Positions 32,193 to 41,542 of a stretch of DNA of 64,000 nt are shown piece after piece. Every line of letters starts with the position of its first letter. Position 1 is the first letter of the stretch. Position numbers and translations under genes: made by a program. Under the pieces are notes generated by a model, which saw only the letters and a program-made list of their open reading frames with translations, made no database searches and was not told where the DNA came from. The DNA is from Arenicellales bacterium (lineage in GTDB: Bacteria; Pseudomonadota; Gammaproteobacteria; Arenicellales; JAJDZL01), in contig CBDAUJ010000003.1 in the NCBI GenBank assembly GCA_965200545.1, forward strand, positions 398,504 to 462,503, written 5' to 3'.

Positions 32193-32638
32193 GCAACTTC
32201 GAACACTCGCTCGTCATCAAGAAACGGCTGCAAGCGCTCAATATAGCCCTGCCGAGGTCCCTCTTGCGCAATCAGCAGACAGTCATCTTCGAAACGCACG
32301 CGCCAGTGCAGATTGCCGGCAAAGTATCCAAGCTCAAGCGCAGCGGCGGCGTTTTCCGCCCGACAGCGTATCCAGATTTCTTCTTGCATCCGCACCACGA
32401 TGGCACGCTGCGGCTCAAGATCAAGGATCGCTCCGTTGACCAAATGCTGACTGCGAGGCAATGCGATCTGGCAGACCGTTCCGCAGTCAGTTGTGGCGCG
32501 CAAGCGATGGCGCTTCAAGTCCTCACGCTCCAGCACCAAGTATTCCACTTTGCCATCGTGCATATAATGGTGAATCTGATTGCGCAAATCCGGATCATCA
32601 ACAAACCCGAGTATGCCGGTAACGGTCAGACTGCTCAT
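32189..32638 (-). CDS. ureE: Urease accessory metallochaperone UreE (no His-rich tail)
   Basis: UreE-like size and the LGYFAGNLHW segment (counterpart of the GNRH motif). First gene of the ure cluster. Confidence 0.75.
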   Translation of the reverse strand: MSSLTVTGILGFVDDPDLRNQIHHYMHDGKVEYLVLEREDLKRHRLRATTDCGTVCQIALPRSQHLVNGAILDLEPQRAIVVRMQEEIWIRCRAENAAAALELGYFAGNLHWRVRFEDDCLLIAQEGPRQGYIERLQPFLDDERVFEVA

Positions 32639-32870
32639 TGCGCTTCAGAGACTTTGGAAGCGGCTTGCCCTGCACTGCCGGCCGCGGCGGTCGCAAGCCG
32701 AATCGATTCAGCGAAACTGTTTGCTCGACTCATCTGATGATCTGCGATCACTGGCCAGCTAGCTCCTGCTAGTCATAGCCGGCATTGAATGGACTCTCAA
32801 GGCATACCGCATCAAGCAAAACATTTTCCCTGCGGCATCGATTCTCTCCGCCGGCACTCTGGATTGGCGC

Positions 32871-33965
32871 TCAGCCGCCCAACGCTTCTTTGACCAGCTG
32901 GCAATCAGTCCCTCTATCGAATTCCGTCCGAGCGCTGATGTAGCCGAATTTTATCCACCAGTCGTTCGTCATTTCCCAATGATCTCTGAGCTGGCCATTG
33001 GTTTGCTCAAACGGAGGCGCGCCTTCCAGCACCCCGCAAAACCGGGCAGTGTCCTCGAGACTGTAGATGTACAACTCGCCTTTCGCGGGATCGTTTTTCG
33101 ATACATCCGTTGTATGCGATCCATCGCCCAGAATCGCCGCAACATCTTCCACTGAGAACCCGACCGCCTCTGCAATCACCTTGTTGGACTCTTCCGCATT
33201 GGCACGCCAATGCTCAACGCCTGCGTAGATGGCTTGCAAGGCTCTGACAGCCAAATCGCGGCGATTCTCAAGAAAGTCATTCGACATATACATCGCATCA
33301 GACAGCAGCGCGGACTGAAGCCAGAAACTATTGAGGGAATGAGCGGCCAGCGTAGATCCCTCCAAGCCGTCCAGAACCTGTGTATTGAACGGAGACCACA
33401 GTGAAGCCGCGGCGACCTGGCCGCTGATCATCGCAGCCGCTGCATCCGCTGCTATGAGATTCACCATCTGCACGTCACCCACATCAATTCCATTTTGCTC
33501 CAGCAAGATACCCACCATAATGTGGGACAAGCCGCCTTCCAGCACCGCGATCTGCTTGCCTTTGAGCTCACTGATATCCTTAATGTCCGGGTGCAGAATA
33601 ATCATATCCGCTCCATGTGACAGATTAGACAGGTTGATCAGCTTGAAACCCATATCCTCAGCCGTAGCAATCGGACCAAACTCAATGGTGCTGAAGACAA
33701 TGTCAAGCTGATTGGTCGACAGCAGGCTGAACAGCTGAATCGGATCTTCAATGACGGTATTCTCGAATTTCAAATCCGTCAGCTCAAAGGCTTCCGCCAC
33801 ATACTGAAAGCCGTAGCCGGGCCAGCTGAAATGCCCGATCCGGACCGTATCCTGAGCAATGGCGCTGCCGGCGCCGAACCAAGACAGCGCGGCCAGCGAC
33901 AGTGCCGCCAGCGACATTTTCCCCCACCGGACGCATCGTTTCAGTTCTTGAATCTGCTTGTTCAT
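32871..33965 (-). CDS. NitT/TauT-family (NMT1/THI5-like) ABC transporter substrate-binding protein
   Basis: Signal peptide (AALSLAALSWFGAGSAIA). Periplasmic SBP following a cognate ATPase and permease. Confidence 0.8.
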   Translation of the reverse strand: MNKQIQELKRCVRWGKMSLAALSLAALSWFGAGSAIAQDTVRIGHFSWPGYGFQYVAEAFELTDLKFENTVIEDPIQLFSLLSTNQLDIVFSTIEFGPIATAEDMGFKLINLSNLSHGADMIILHPDIKDISELKGKQIAVLEGGLSHIMVGILLEQNGIDVGDVQMVNLIAADAAAAMISGQVAAASLWSPFNTQVLDGLEGSTLAAHSLNSFWLQSALLSDAMYMSNDFLENRRDLAVRALQAIYAGVEHWRANAEESNKVIAEAVGFSVEDVAAILGDGSHTTDVSKNDPAKGELYIYSLEDTARFCGVLEGAPPFEQTNGQLRDHWEMTNDWWIKFGYISARTEFDRGTDCQLVKEALGG

Positions 33966-34013
33966 AATCTAAGCCTCCTTAAAAATTTTAGGTCTTTTGA
34001 CAATCCGTGACAT

Positions 34014-34862
34014 CTAGCTGATCTTGCCCTTGATCTCCTCGCGCATCATCCGATACAGCAGTTTTTCCATTTCCAGATAACCTGGATCCGCCAGCAGTTC
34101 TTCCTTTTTCAAATAGCGCTTGCCGCCTTTGAAATCCATCGCCAAATCGGCCTTGATCTTGCCGGGCTGACGAGTAAAAAACAGGATGCGGTCAGCCAAG
34201 TATATTGCTTCTTGGATATCATGTGTGACCATGATAATGGTCTTGCTTTCCCGCTCGATAATCTCGATAATCATCTCTTCCATTTCCCAAGTAACCTGCG
34301 CATCCAGCGCGCCAAAAGGCTCATCAAGCAAGAGCAGCTGGGGGTCTTGGGCAAGCGCCCGGGCAATAGCAACGCGCTGTTTCATGCCGCCGGACAGCTG
34401 CACTGGATAGGCGTCAGCAAAATCTTCAAGATGAACCAGTCGCAGGAACTGATCAACCCGCGCAATCCGCTCTGCCTTGGGCAGTTTCTCAATCTCCATG
34501 CCAAACTCGACATTTTTTCGAACCTTCAGCCAAGGAAAGGATGTGTATGCCTGAAATACCATGCCGCGCTCCGGACCGGGTCCTAAAATCGGCTGGCCAT
34601 ACACTTGAATGCTTCCGCGCGTGGGAAATTCAAGGCCGGCAATCAGCCGCAGCAGTGTTGTCTTTCCGCATCCAGAGGGTCCAATGAATGCAGTAACCTG
34701 ATTTTCTTGAATATTGACAGAAACATCATCCAAGGCTACGATCTTTCCGCCGACATATTCTTTCGAAGTTCGGACGGCGCTGACAGCTGGCTCGCCGGCT
34801 TCTCGACCGGCCTCCAGCGCCTTGTTTCGCTCCGTCCACTTTGAGTCTGAAGTCTTTGGCAT
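34014..34862 (-). CDS. NitT/TauT-family ABC transporter ATP-binding protein
   Basis: GPSGCGKTTLLRLIAGLE, LSGGMKQRVAIARAL, LLLDEPFGALD. Confidence 0.9.
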   Translation of the reverse strand: MPKTSDSKWTERNKALEAGREAGEPAVSAVRTSKEYVGGKIVALDDVSVNIQENQVTAFIGPSGCGKTTLLRLIAGLEFPTRGSIQVYGQPILGPGPERGMVFQAYTSFPWLKVRKNVEFGMEIEKLPKAERIARVDQFLRLVHLEDFADAYPVQLSGGMKQRVAIARALAQDPQLLLLDEPFGALDAQVTWEMEEMIIEIIERESKTIIMVTHDIQEAIYLADRILFFTRQPGKIKADLAMDFKGGKRYLKKEELLADPGYLEMEKLLYRMMREEIKGKIS

Positions 34863-34867
34863 TCGGG

Positions 34868-35752
34868 TTACCGCCTGGCGTGCTCATGGGGAAAGAGAAT
34901 TCGCGAGGCAAAGCGAAACGAAATGTCAGTGAGCACGCCCAGCACACCGATCGTCAAAATGCCGCCCATGATCAAATCGACATGCAAAAAGCGAGAAGCT
35001 CGCATCATCACTGCCCCGATGCCGTCGGTCGCTGCCACAATCTCTGCAATGACCAGGTAGGTCCAGGAAACCGCAATCATATTGCGCATTGAGTCGACAA
35101 TCTGGGGGGCGGCGGCTGGCAGCGCGACACGCAGGACAATTTGCCGCCGATTGGCGCCCATGGTTTGAGCCGACTCAATCAGCTCTTTCGGCACTGACAA
35201 GACATTATCCAGAATCAGTGCGATCAGGAAAAATACACACCCTAAAAACAGCAGTGCCAGTTTCGCGAAATCGGTGGGGCCAAAATAAACCAGCAGGAGC
35301 GGTACGAAAGATGCCGCTGGCAGATAGCGCAGGCCTCCCACCGTCGGATTGATCAGCGCGCGCAGCCTAATAAAACAACCCATCAGGAGGCCGAGCGGCA
35401 CCGCCAGTGCGCAGGCGGCAAAAAAACTTGCATAAATACGGTAGACACTTTTGCCAACATCCCCGATATAGCCTTTATCGCGAATCACCTCAACAATGCT
35501 GCCGACCACCTCACCAACGCCAGGCAGAAATTTCTGCTGCGACTCTGGGGTCAAGTAGTGGGCAATTTGCCAGATGGCAAAAAAGCAAATCACCCCCGCA
35601 ACACCCAGCACAAGCGAAGTGTTGCGGTTCAAAGTTCCCCCTATCTCCAGAAAGCGAGACTTTGGCGGCTGATAAAGCGGTGCCTCGCCAGTTGCGCTTT
35701 CGGAGTCGTTCAGAGGTCTATCTTTTTCGATTTTTTTGGGCATCATCCGCAC
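34868..35752 (-). CDS. NitT/TauT-family ABC transporter permease
   Basis: Polytopic protein with EAA-type loop ESAQTMGANRRQIVLRVALPAAAPQI. Confidence 0.85.
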   Translation of the reverse strand: MRMMPKKIEKDRPLNDSESATGEAPLYQPPKSRFLEIGGTLNRNTSLVLGVAGVICFFAIWQIAHYLTPESQQKFLPGVGEVVGSIVEVIRDKGYIGDVGKSVYRIYASFFAACALAVPLGLLMGCFIRLRALINPTVGGLRYLPAASFVPLLLVYFGPTDFAKLALLFLGCVFFLIALILDNVLSVPKELIESAQTMGANRRQIVLRVALPAAAPQIVDSMRNMIAVSWTYLVIAEIVAATDGIGAVMMRASRFLHVDLIMGGILTIGVLGVLTDISFRFASRILFPHEHARR

Positions 35753-35905
35753 TGGCCTGAAACGTCATTTTTGGTTTGGAAATATACCGCAAATCCAATG
35801 ATCGAAAAGAGGATTTTGCAAGCCGAATCAAAAGAGAATCTCGAATTCGAACCGATTGAATCGATTCACGCCCTGCAATGACACCCCTTGATCGGCAGGT
35901 TGCCA

Positions 35906-37380
35906 CTGTACTTTGATAGGAAAGCCTTGTACAATATGGCTTTTTCAAACCTCTGTCTTTCACCCGACGGGTGAAAGACAGAACTTGCCATAGGAGTACA
36001 AGGCCGATGAGGATTTTATCATACAAGCTGGGCGTCACGCGCAATGCGACCACCTCGCGCGCCGGGCTGCTGGCGCTCGCCGAGCTGCTGCGCAAGGTCG
36101 GGCTGGCGGAACTGGCGCGCACACACCTGCTGGCCGAGATCAGCCGCCGCCTGCTGGCGCTGGCGCTGCGCGGGCGCACCGAGGTCACCTTGGACATTGA
36201 CGCGACGGCGATCGAGGCTGACAAGAAGGAGGCCAAGTGGACGTACAAGAAGCACAAGGGATACATGCCGATGGTCGGGCATGTCGCCGAGACCGGGCAG
36301 GTGGCGGCGATTGACTTCCGCGACGGCAATGCGCCGCCGAGCAAGGACAATCTGGGGTTCATCCGCCAGTGCGAGGCGGCGCTGCCGGCCGGGGTGTCGG
36401 TGCGCCGGGTGCGCATCGACGCGGCGGGGTACAGCGCCGACGTGGTCAATTATCTGATGCAGAGCGGACAGGGCTTTGCGATCCGCGCGAAGATGGACGC
36501 CAGCGTCAAGGAGTCAATGAGCGCGATCCGGGACGGGCAGTGGGAGGCGCTGGTGCATGCGGACGGGACGCGGTCGAAGACGCAGGAGGCGGCGCGCACG
36601 CTGCATGCGATGGCTGACACTGGGGCGTTCACGCTGGCGGAGCGGCGAAAGCGCATTGCTGCGGGCGAGAACGCGCACATTGACGCGTTTGTGGATGCGG
36701 GCGGCAATGCGGCGTCGCGCGGGGCGTATCTGTACCGGGCGATTGCGACGAATCTTGATGGCAAGACGGATCATGAGATTGTGCAGTGGCACAGCCTGTG
36801 CGGGGAAACTTCGGAAAATAAAATAAAGCAGCTGCGCAGCGACTTTGCCGGTGCCAGGCTGCCGTGCGGGAAGTTCGGGGCCAATGCGGTGTGGCTGATG
36901 GTCAATGCGCTGGCGTACAATGTGCTGTGCCTGCTGCGGATGATGCTGCCGGCGAGGTGGCTGACCGCGCGGGCGCCGGCGCTGCGGTTTCATCTGTATG
37001 GCGCCGGCGGGCATGTGGTGCGCCACGGCCGGCAGCTGACGGTCAAGGTGCAGGCGCATCGGCACCGGGTGATCGGCGCGGCGCTGCGCTCGATAAGGGA
37101 GTTTGCGCTGCCCGCCTGACGGCGGCCGCCCGGCGGGCGGCAAAGGGCTTGGGATCGACCGATTGCCGCCGGGCAAGGCGGGCGTGCGCCTGCCGGGGGC
37201 GAGAGGCGGCGCAGTCGCGCCGCGCCGGTCGGTTTTGTGGAAAATGCGGCGCTGAAAGCGCGGCCGGACCGGAATCCGGTGCGGCCGGGCAGGTCGAATC
37301 GACGAATTCGGCGGCCCGTCTTCGCCCTCAGCATTGAACGTGCCGATTTGGGACACCAAACATCAAAGTTTCGAGTACAG
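35906..37380 (+). mobile_element. IS1380-family insertion sequence (boundaries tentative)
   Basis: Abrupt switch to very GC-rich DNA at about 36.0-37.3 kb. Contains an IS1380-type transposase. Possible imperfect ends: CTGTACTTTGAT (35906-35917) versus the reverse complement of 37362-37380 (CTGTACTCGAAACTTTGAT). No clear target duplication. Confidence 0.5.
36007..37119 (+). CDS. IS1380-family DDE transposase (N-terminal region shorter than usual)
   Basis: VTLDIDATAIEADKKEAKWTYKKHKGYMP, RIDAAGYS and GETSENKIKQLRSDF match the D-D-E blocks of IS1380/ISEcp1-type transposases. AGGAG precedes ATG 36007. Confidence 0.8.
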   Translation: MRILSYKLGVTRNATTSRAGLLALAELLRKVGLAELARTHLLAEISRRLLALALRGRTEVTLDIDATAIEADKKEAKWTYKKHKGYMPMVGHVAETGQVAAIDFRDGNAPPSKDNLGFIRQCEAALPAGVSVRRVRIDAAGYSADVVNYLMQSGQGFAIRAKMDASVKESMSAIRDGQWEALVHADGTRSKTQEAARTLHAMADTGAFTLAERRKRIAAGENAHIDAFVDAGGNAASRGAYLYRAIATNLDGKTDHEIVQWHSLCGETSENKIKQLRSDFAGARLPCGKFGANAVWLMVNALAYNVLCLLRMMLPARWLTARAPALRFHLYGAGGHVVRHGRQLTVKVQAHRHRVIGAALRSIREFALPA

Positions 37381-37592
37381 GAAAAACCTATAATCGCCAG
37401 ACAGCTCCGATTCTCGGGACTCTGCGAGAAGCGGCAGTCAAATGGCGGATCTTAAGATGCTTGAGCGGGCGATACTTTCTTGATGCGCCATTTGCAGTCT
37501 GAAACGCACTGTCGCCGCCTGGCAGCAGTGGATTGAAGAGGGAGCAATGCGCATCCTATCATGAAACAGTCACATCCTTATGAGGTAAACGC

Positions 37593-38660
37593 ATGAATGC
37601 CAGCCTACCCTCTGCTTGGGAGTTCGTTCCGCATCATCACCAAGGTCCGGCAGCGCAAAGCGGCAAGAATGATCATATCTACTCTCCGCGCAATCACAAC
37701 GGCGTGTTCAAGTCGCGCGGCCTGTCCACATTCATGGGGGCGCCCTATTGTCCGCCGCACCGGAGCGCAATTCGTGAGATGGGCGCCAAAGTTTGTTTTC
37801 TCGGGGTTCCGTGGGACCAGGGGCAAATGGTTCGAGCCGGAACCTCGCAGGGGCCCTCTGGAATTCGTGAGGCGTCCACTCAATACTCGCCCTACATGTT
37901 TGAGTTCGATGTCGACCTGATGACTTTCTTCCGGCCGGTTGACTGCGGTGACGTGCCCATTGTCCCCGGCAACAACGAGCGCAGTCACGAATACATTTAT
38001 CAGTACATTACTGAGTGTCTTGAAGGCGACGCAAAAGTCATTCTTTGCGGCGGCGATCACTCGGTGCCTATTCCCGGCTCGCGGGCGCTGTCGGATTTTC
38101 ATAAAAACGGCAAGATCGGCTATCTGCATGTCGACTGCCATCTGGACTCTGCGCCTGATTGGGAAGGCTCGCCCTACACGAATTGCTCGGGTCCGGCAAG
38201 AGCTTTTGATCTGCCAAACTGCGCTGGCGAAAATATGGCGCACATGTGCTCGCGCAATGGACTCAACCCGAAGGACTGGGTCGACTTCTGGAGCGATAAC
38301 GGGGTCCGCATGATCCCCATGCAGGAGGTTGTCGACCGCGGCATCGAGGCCTGCACCAAAGAAATCTTTGAAATTGCCTGGAATGGAACCGATGGCGTCT
38401 ACTGGTCTTGGGATACCGATTCGCTGGATGCGAGCTGCATGCCAGGCACAACAGCGCCCGAGACGTTTGGTTTGAAACCGCGCGAGGCGATCCGGCATGC
38501 ACGAATCGCGGGAACGTACGGCGCTGATGTATTTGAGGTATCTGAGCTGACTCCGCATTTTGATGTCAGTGACATGAGTATCAAGCTCGCCTGCTGCCTG
38601 ATCTATCAGTACCTTGGCAGTCGTGCAAAAACACTTCGCGACCGAGGACAAGCCGCTTGA
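37593..38660 (+). CDS. Arginase-fold ureohydrolase, subunit type A (copy 1), full metal-ligand set
   Basis: GGDHSVPIPG, GYLHVDCHLD (DxHxD), SWDTDSLD (DxD). GAGG Shine-Dalgarno. Confidence 0.85.
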   Translation: MNASLPSAWEFVPHHHQGPAAQSGKNDHIYSPRNHNGVFKSRGLSTFMGAPYCPPHRSAIREMGAKVCFLGVPWDQGQMVRAGTSQGPSGIREASTQYSPYMFEFDVDLMTFFRPVDCGDVPIVPGNNERSHEYIYQYITECLEGDAKVILCGGDHSVPIPGSRALSDFHKNGKIGYLHVDCHLDSAPDWEGSPYTNCSGPARAFDLPNCAGENMAHMCSRNGLNPKDWVDFWSDNGVRMIPMQEVVDRGIEACTKEIFEIAWNGTDGVYWSWDTDSLDASCMPGTTAPETFGLKPREAIRHARIAGTYGADVFEVSELTPHFDVSDMSIKLACCLIYQYLGSRAKTLRDRGQAA

Positions 38661-38711
38661 TCAGAAGTCGCTTGACAGCGCAAAAACAATCAGATTTTGT
38701 GAGAGAGAAAA

Positions 38712-39746
38712 ATGAATCCTGTGAAGAACTTTGAGCATTTGTTCTCGCCGCTGGGCGATCCCGAGAATTTCAAGTCACTGGGTGTCGTGACTTTCATGCG
38801 CTCTGCGCAAGTTGATATGGAAAGCGATGCGCTGCGCCAAAGCGGCGCGCGGTTTGCTTTTGTCGGCATTCCCTATGATGAGGGCAACGTTGGCAAACCG
38901 GGGTCTGAAGATGGCCCGCAGGCATTTCGGGTTGCGAGTCATGAATACTTCCCCTACTGGTTTGAGTATCGCGTTGACCTGGCAGGCACATGCGTGGACT
39001 GCGGCAATGTGCGCGTGCCCAAGGTGATGCCGGAATTGGCGCATGATCGCATCTATCGGGCAATTCGTGAAGTGCTTGCTGCGGGCGTTACACCGGTGAT
39101 CTGCGGCGGCGACCGCTCCATTTCAATCTCGGCCTCGAAAGCTTTGTCTGACCACATCGGTCACCAGAAAAAGATTGGCTACATGCACTTCGGCGCCCAT
39201 CTGCAGATGGCAGACACCTGGGCCGGCGAGAAAATGGCCAGCACTTGCACATTGGCTCGTGTGAGCGAGCTCAAGAACATTCATGCGGACAATATCGCCC
39301 ATATCGGCGCCCGCAATTCAATGAATCCGCGCGACCACATTGAGCTGGCAGAGGTACGCGGGATTCGTTTTCACGCCATGGATGAAGTCGTGGAGCGAGG
39401 CGTATCGACGGTCGTCAACGAGGCGGCAGATCGTGTATGGAACGACACTGACGCGCAATACTTGAGTTTCGACATGAACATCATGGACGCCTCAGCCGCA
39501 CCAGGTGTAACTGCGCCCGAGCCCGGCGGTTTCGAATCCCGTGAGATGATGCAGACCGCCACATTGCTCGGCGAGCGCGGTTCAGTGAGCTTGATCGAAG
39601 TGTCTGAGCTGGCGCCGGTTTTTGACGTGAGCGGCACGACCTCAAAATTAGCTGCCTGCGTTGTCCTGCGTCTCATGGCGGCCATGGCGCGGCAGCGCGG
39701 TGAGTCTGTAGATCCCAATCTTCGGCGGGAAAGCCTGAGAAAATAG
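38712..39746 (+). CDS. Arginase-fold ureohydrolase-like protein, subunit type B (copy 1), degenerate metal ligands
   Basis: Family fold retained (DEGNVGKPGSEDGP, AAPGVTAPEPGG), but GGDRS (His to Arg), FGAHLQ (Asp to Gly, Asp to Gln) and SFDMN (second Asp to Asn). Confidence 0.8.
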   Translation: MNPVKNFEHLFSPLGDPENFKSLGVVTFMRSAQVDMESDALRQSGARFAFVGIPYDEGNVGKPGSEDGPQAFRVASHEYFPYWFEYRVDLAGTCVDCGNVRVPKVMPELAHDRIYRAIREVLAAGVTPVICGGDRSISISASKALSDHIGHQKKIGYMHFGAHLQMADTWAGEKMASTCTLARVSELKNIHADNIAHIGARNSMNPRDHIELAEVRGIRFHAMDEVVERGVSTVVNEAADRVWNDTDAQYLSFDMNIMDASAAPGVTAPEPGGFESREMMQTATLLGERGSVSLIEVSELAPVFDVSGTTSKLAACVVLRLMAAMARQRGESVDPNLRRESLRK

Positions 39747-40693
39747 ATTGCTCGCTCTTCTGTGCGGGAGCGGAGCGCCCGCAAGGCATTTTCATTTGAA
39801 CAGCGCACTGGCATCCCTGTGACCTGTATCGAACGCAAATCTCCCAGTGAGCTTAACCTAGGTCACCAGCTGCGGAGCATCCGCAATCGTTCCACACCTG
39901 CCGAATGCGCTCATTGCATTGACGAATCGCTGCGAATCTCACTTTCGCCTTGTCGCCAGCTGTTGCCCAAACCACGGCACTTTTGCAGCGAATGGGCAGC
40001 CGGCCGCACTGGCCGCCATATCGACAACCGCTGAAAATGTGAACTCCAAGCTGCCGACTGCAAGCTGCTCAAAGCTGGCCAAATATCCAAGCTTCAAACA
40101 CACGACAGGACACCGAGAATGGAAGCGGCGTAATGATTGCGAGTCGGCGGACTCAAACTAAGAGCAAGCGCACCAGGCACACTCAGTACATGGCCCGCAA
40201 TTGTTCGTAATATTTCGGACATCATTCAAACCTTGATTGCCTGTCGATCTGTCTGGCATGACTCGCCAGACTGCCACTCATGGCATCAACCTGCAACTGA
40301 ATCGCCGGCAACCTGCGCAACGTTCGACCGCACTGGCAGCGGCAGATTAATACAGCGACTTGCACTCCACTCCACACATTGATCTGCTCCAAGCCGCCTG
40401 CGCGACCTGTATACCTTCTATGCCGAGACGCACAAGAACGATACCGCCTTGCATTGATCCGTTGAGCGGATACGACGAGCGCTGCGTCTTAAAACGCGGC
40501 GACTGACTCTCAGGCCGAGTCAATCATCTTTTTTGCTGCGGCCCGCGGAGGCTCCGAGAAATTCACCGGCAGGTTGCGATGATTTTTTACAGCCTCATTG
40601 CGGAATCAGATCATCACTTAAATCATATCCAGACCCGCATAAATGTTAGAATTGACGCAGAATCAAAACAATCATCACGAAAGGAGCAAGACG

Positions 40694-41542
40694 ATGTGTA
40701 ACGTATGCGGCTGTGGATCCGAACAAACGCATAACCACGAGCATAGCGAACATAAGAAGCATGACGATAATGCCAAACAGCGTCTTCATTTCGGAGGTAA
40801 CGAGGCGAGAGTGTCTGTTGCCGGATTCAACAGTTCCGAGCTGGTCACCATTGAGAGAAATATTCTTGATAAAAATCAATCTTATGCAAACCAAAATCGA
40901 TCTTTTTTCTTGGACAACAAACTGTTCGCAGTCAATCTGCTGTCCAGTCCGGGCGCCGGCAAGACCAGTCTGCTGATCAAAACCATTGAGAATCTGCAGC
41001 AGGCGATCCCAATTTATGTGATTGAAGGCGATCAGGAGACCGACAACGACGCTGAACGCATTCGCCGCACCGGTGTTGAGGCTGCGCAAATCAATACTGG
41101 AAAAGGCTGTCATCTTGATGCCCATATGGTCGGTCACGCCCTTGAGGAGTTCACGTTTGACCCAGCCGGAGGCTTGGTGCTCATCGAAAACGTCGGAAAT
41201 CTGGTGTGTCCCGCTGCATTCGACTTGGGCGAGTCCTGCAAAGTCGTGATCTTGTCGGTCACAGAAGGCGAGGATAAGCCGCTGAAATATCCCGATATGT
41301 TCGCTGCCTCGGACCTGATGATCATCAGCAAATCCGATTTGCTGCCATATTTGCGGTTTGATGTCGAACAGGCAATCGAATACGCCAAGCGCGTCAACCC
41401 GGCTTTGGAAGTCATACAACTGTCTGTCGAGTCCGGCGACGGACTTCAGCAATGGGAAAAGTGGCTGCTGAGCGATGCCAATGCTCAAGCGCCACGCTCA
41501 CCGCAAAGGCAGTCTGTAGGAAGCTGCTGTGCCCATGCATGA
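40694..41542 (+). CDS. hypB: HypB-like nickel-binding GTPase metallochaperone
   Basis: N-terminal MCNVCGCG plus His-rich stretch, P-loop SPGAGKTSLL, ENVGNLVCPA, SKSDL. AAGGAG precedes ATG 40694. Confidence 0.9.
   Translation: MCNVCGCGSEQTHNHEHSEHKKHDDNAKQRLHFGGNEARVSVAGFNSSELVTIERNILDKNQSYANQNRSFFLDNKLFAVNLLSSPGAGKTSLLIKTIENLQQAIPIYVIEGDQETDNDAERIRRTGVEAAQINTGKGCHLDAHMVGHALEEFTFDPAGGLVLIENVGNLVCPAAFDLGESCKVVILSVTEGEDKPLKYPDMFAASDLMIISKSDLLPYLRFDVEQAIEYAKRVNPALEVIQLSVESGDGLQQWEKWLLSDANAQAPRSPQRQSVGSCCAHA

Noticed and set aside
35953-35981. 14+14 palindrome read as a possible intrinsic terminator for the ABC or urease side
   Set aside because: It has no T-run on either side and lies within the presumed IS left end, overlapping the track ORF start. 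It is more likely IS-related, and I mention it under the IS finding instead.
36019-37359. Many long ORFs on both strands inside the GC-rich IS1380 region (for example 36514-37359 minus, 281 aa; 35718-36449 minus; 36864-37337 plus)
   Set aside because: They have low-complexity Arg/Pro/Ala/Gly-rich translations overlapping a recognisable transposase gene. This is the typical stop-codon-poor artefact of very GC-rich DNA.
37381-37592. Possible guanidine riboswitch (ykkC, mini-ykkC or ykkC-III) upstream of A1; also checked the leader of the NitT/TauT operon (35753-35905)
   Set aside because: I could not find the ACGR tetraloop hairpin pairs or the conserved GGGA/ACGR segments. Only a covariance-model scan could settle this.
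37605-38651. 348-aa ORF antisense to ureohydrolase A1; similar antisense ORFs exist at 40646-41488 (hypB), 13819-14595 (nadK), 28234-29028 (ureG/ureD), 4343-5029 (tsaB), 52067-52732 (DUF1640), 12266-13138 (hrcA) and 8711-9346 / 9524-10165 (dnaK)
   Set aside because: Each is the mirror frame of a gene with strong family signatures, and none has a motif or start-site support.
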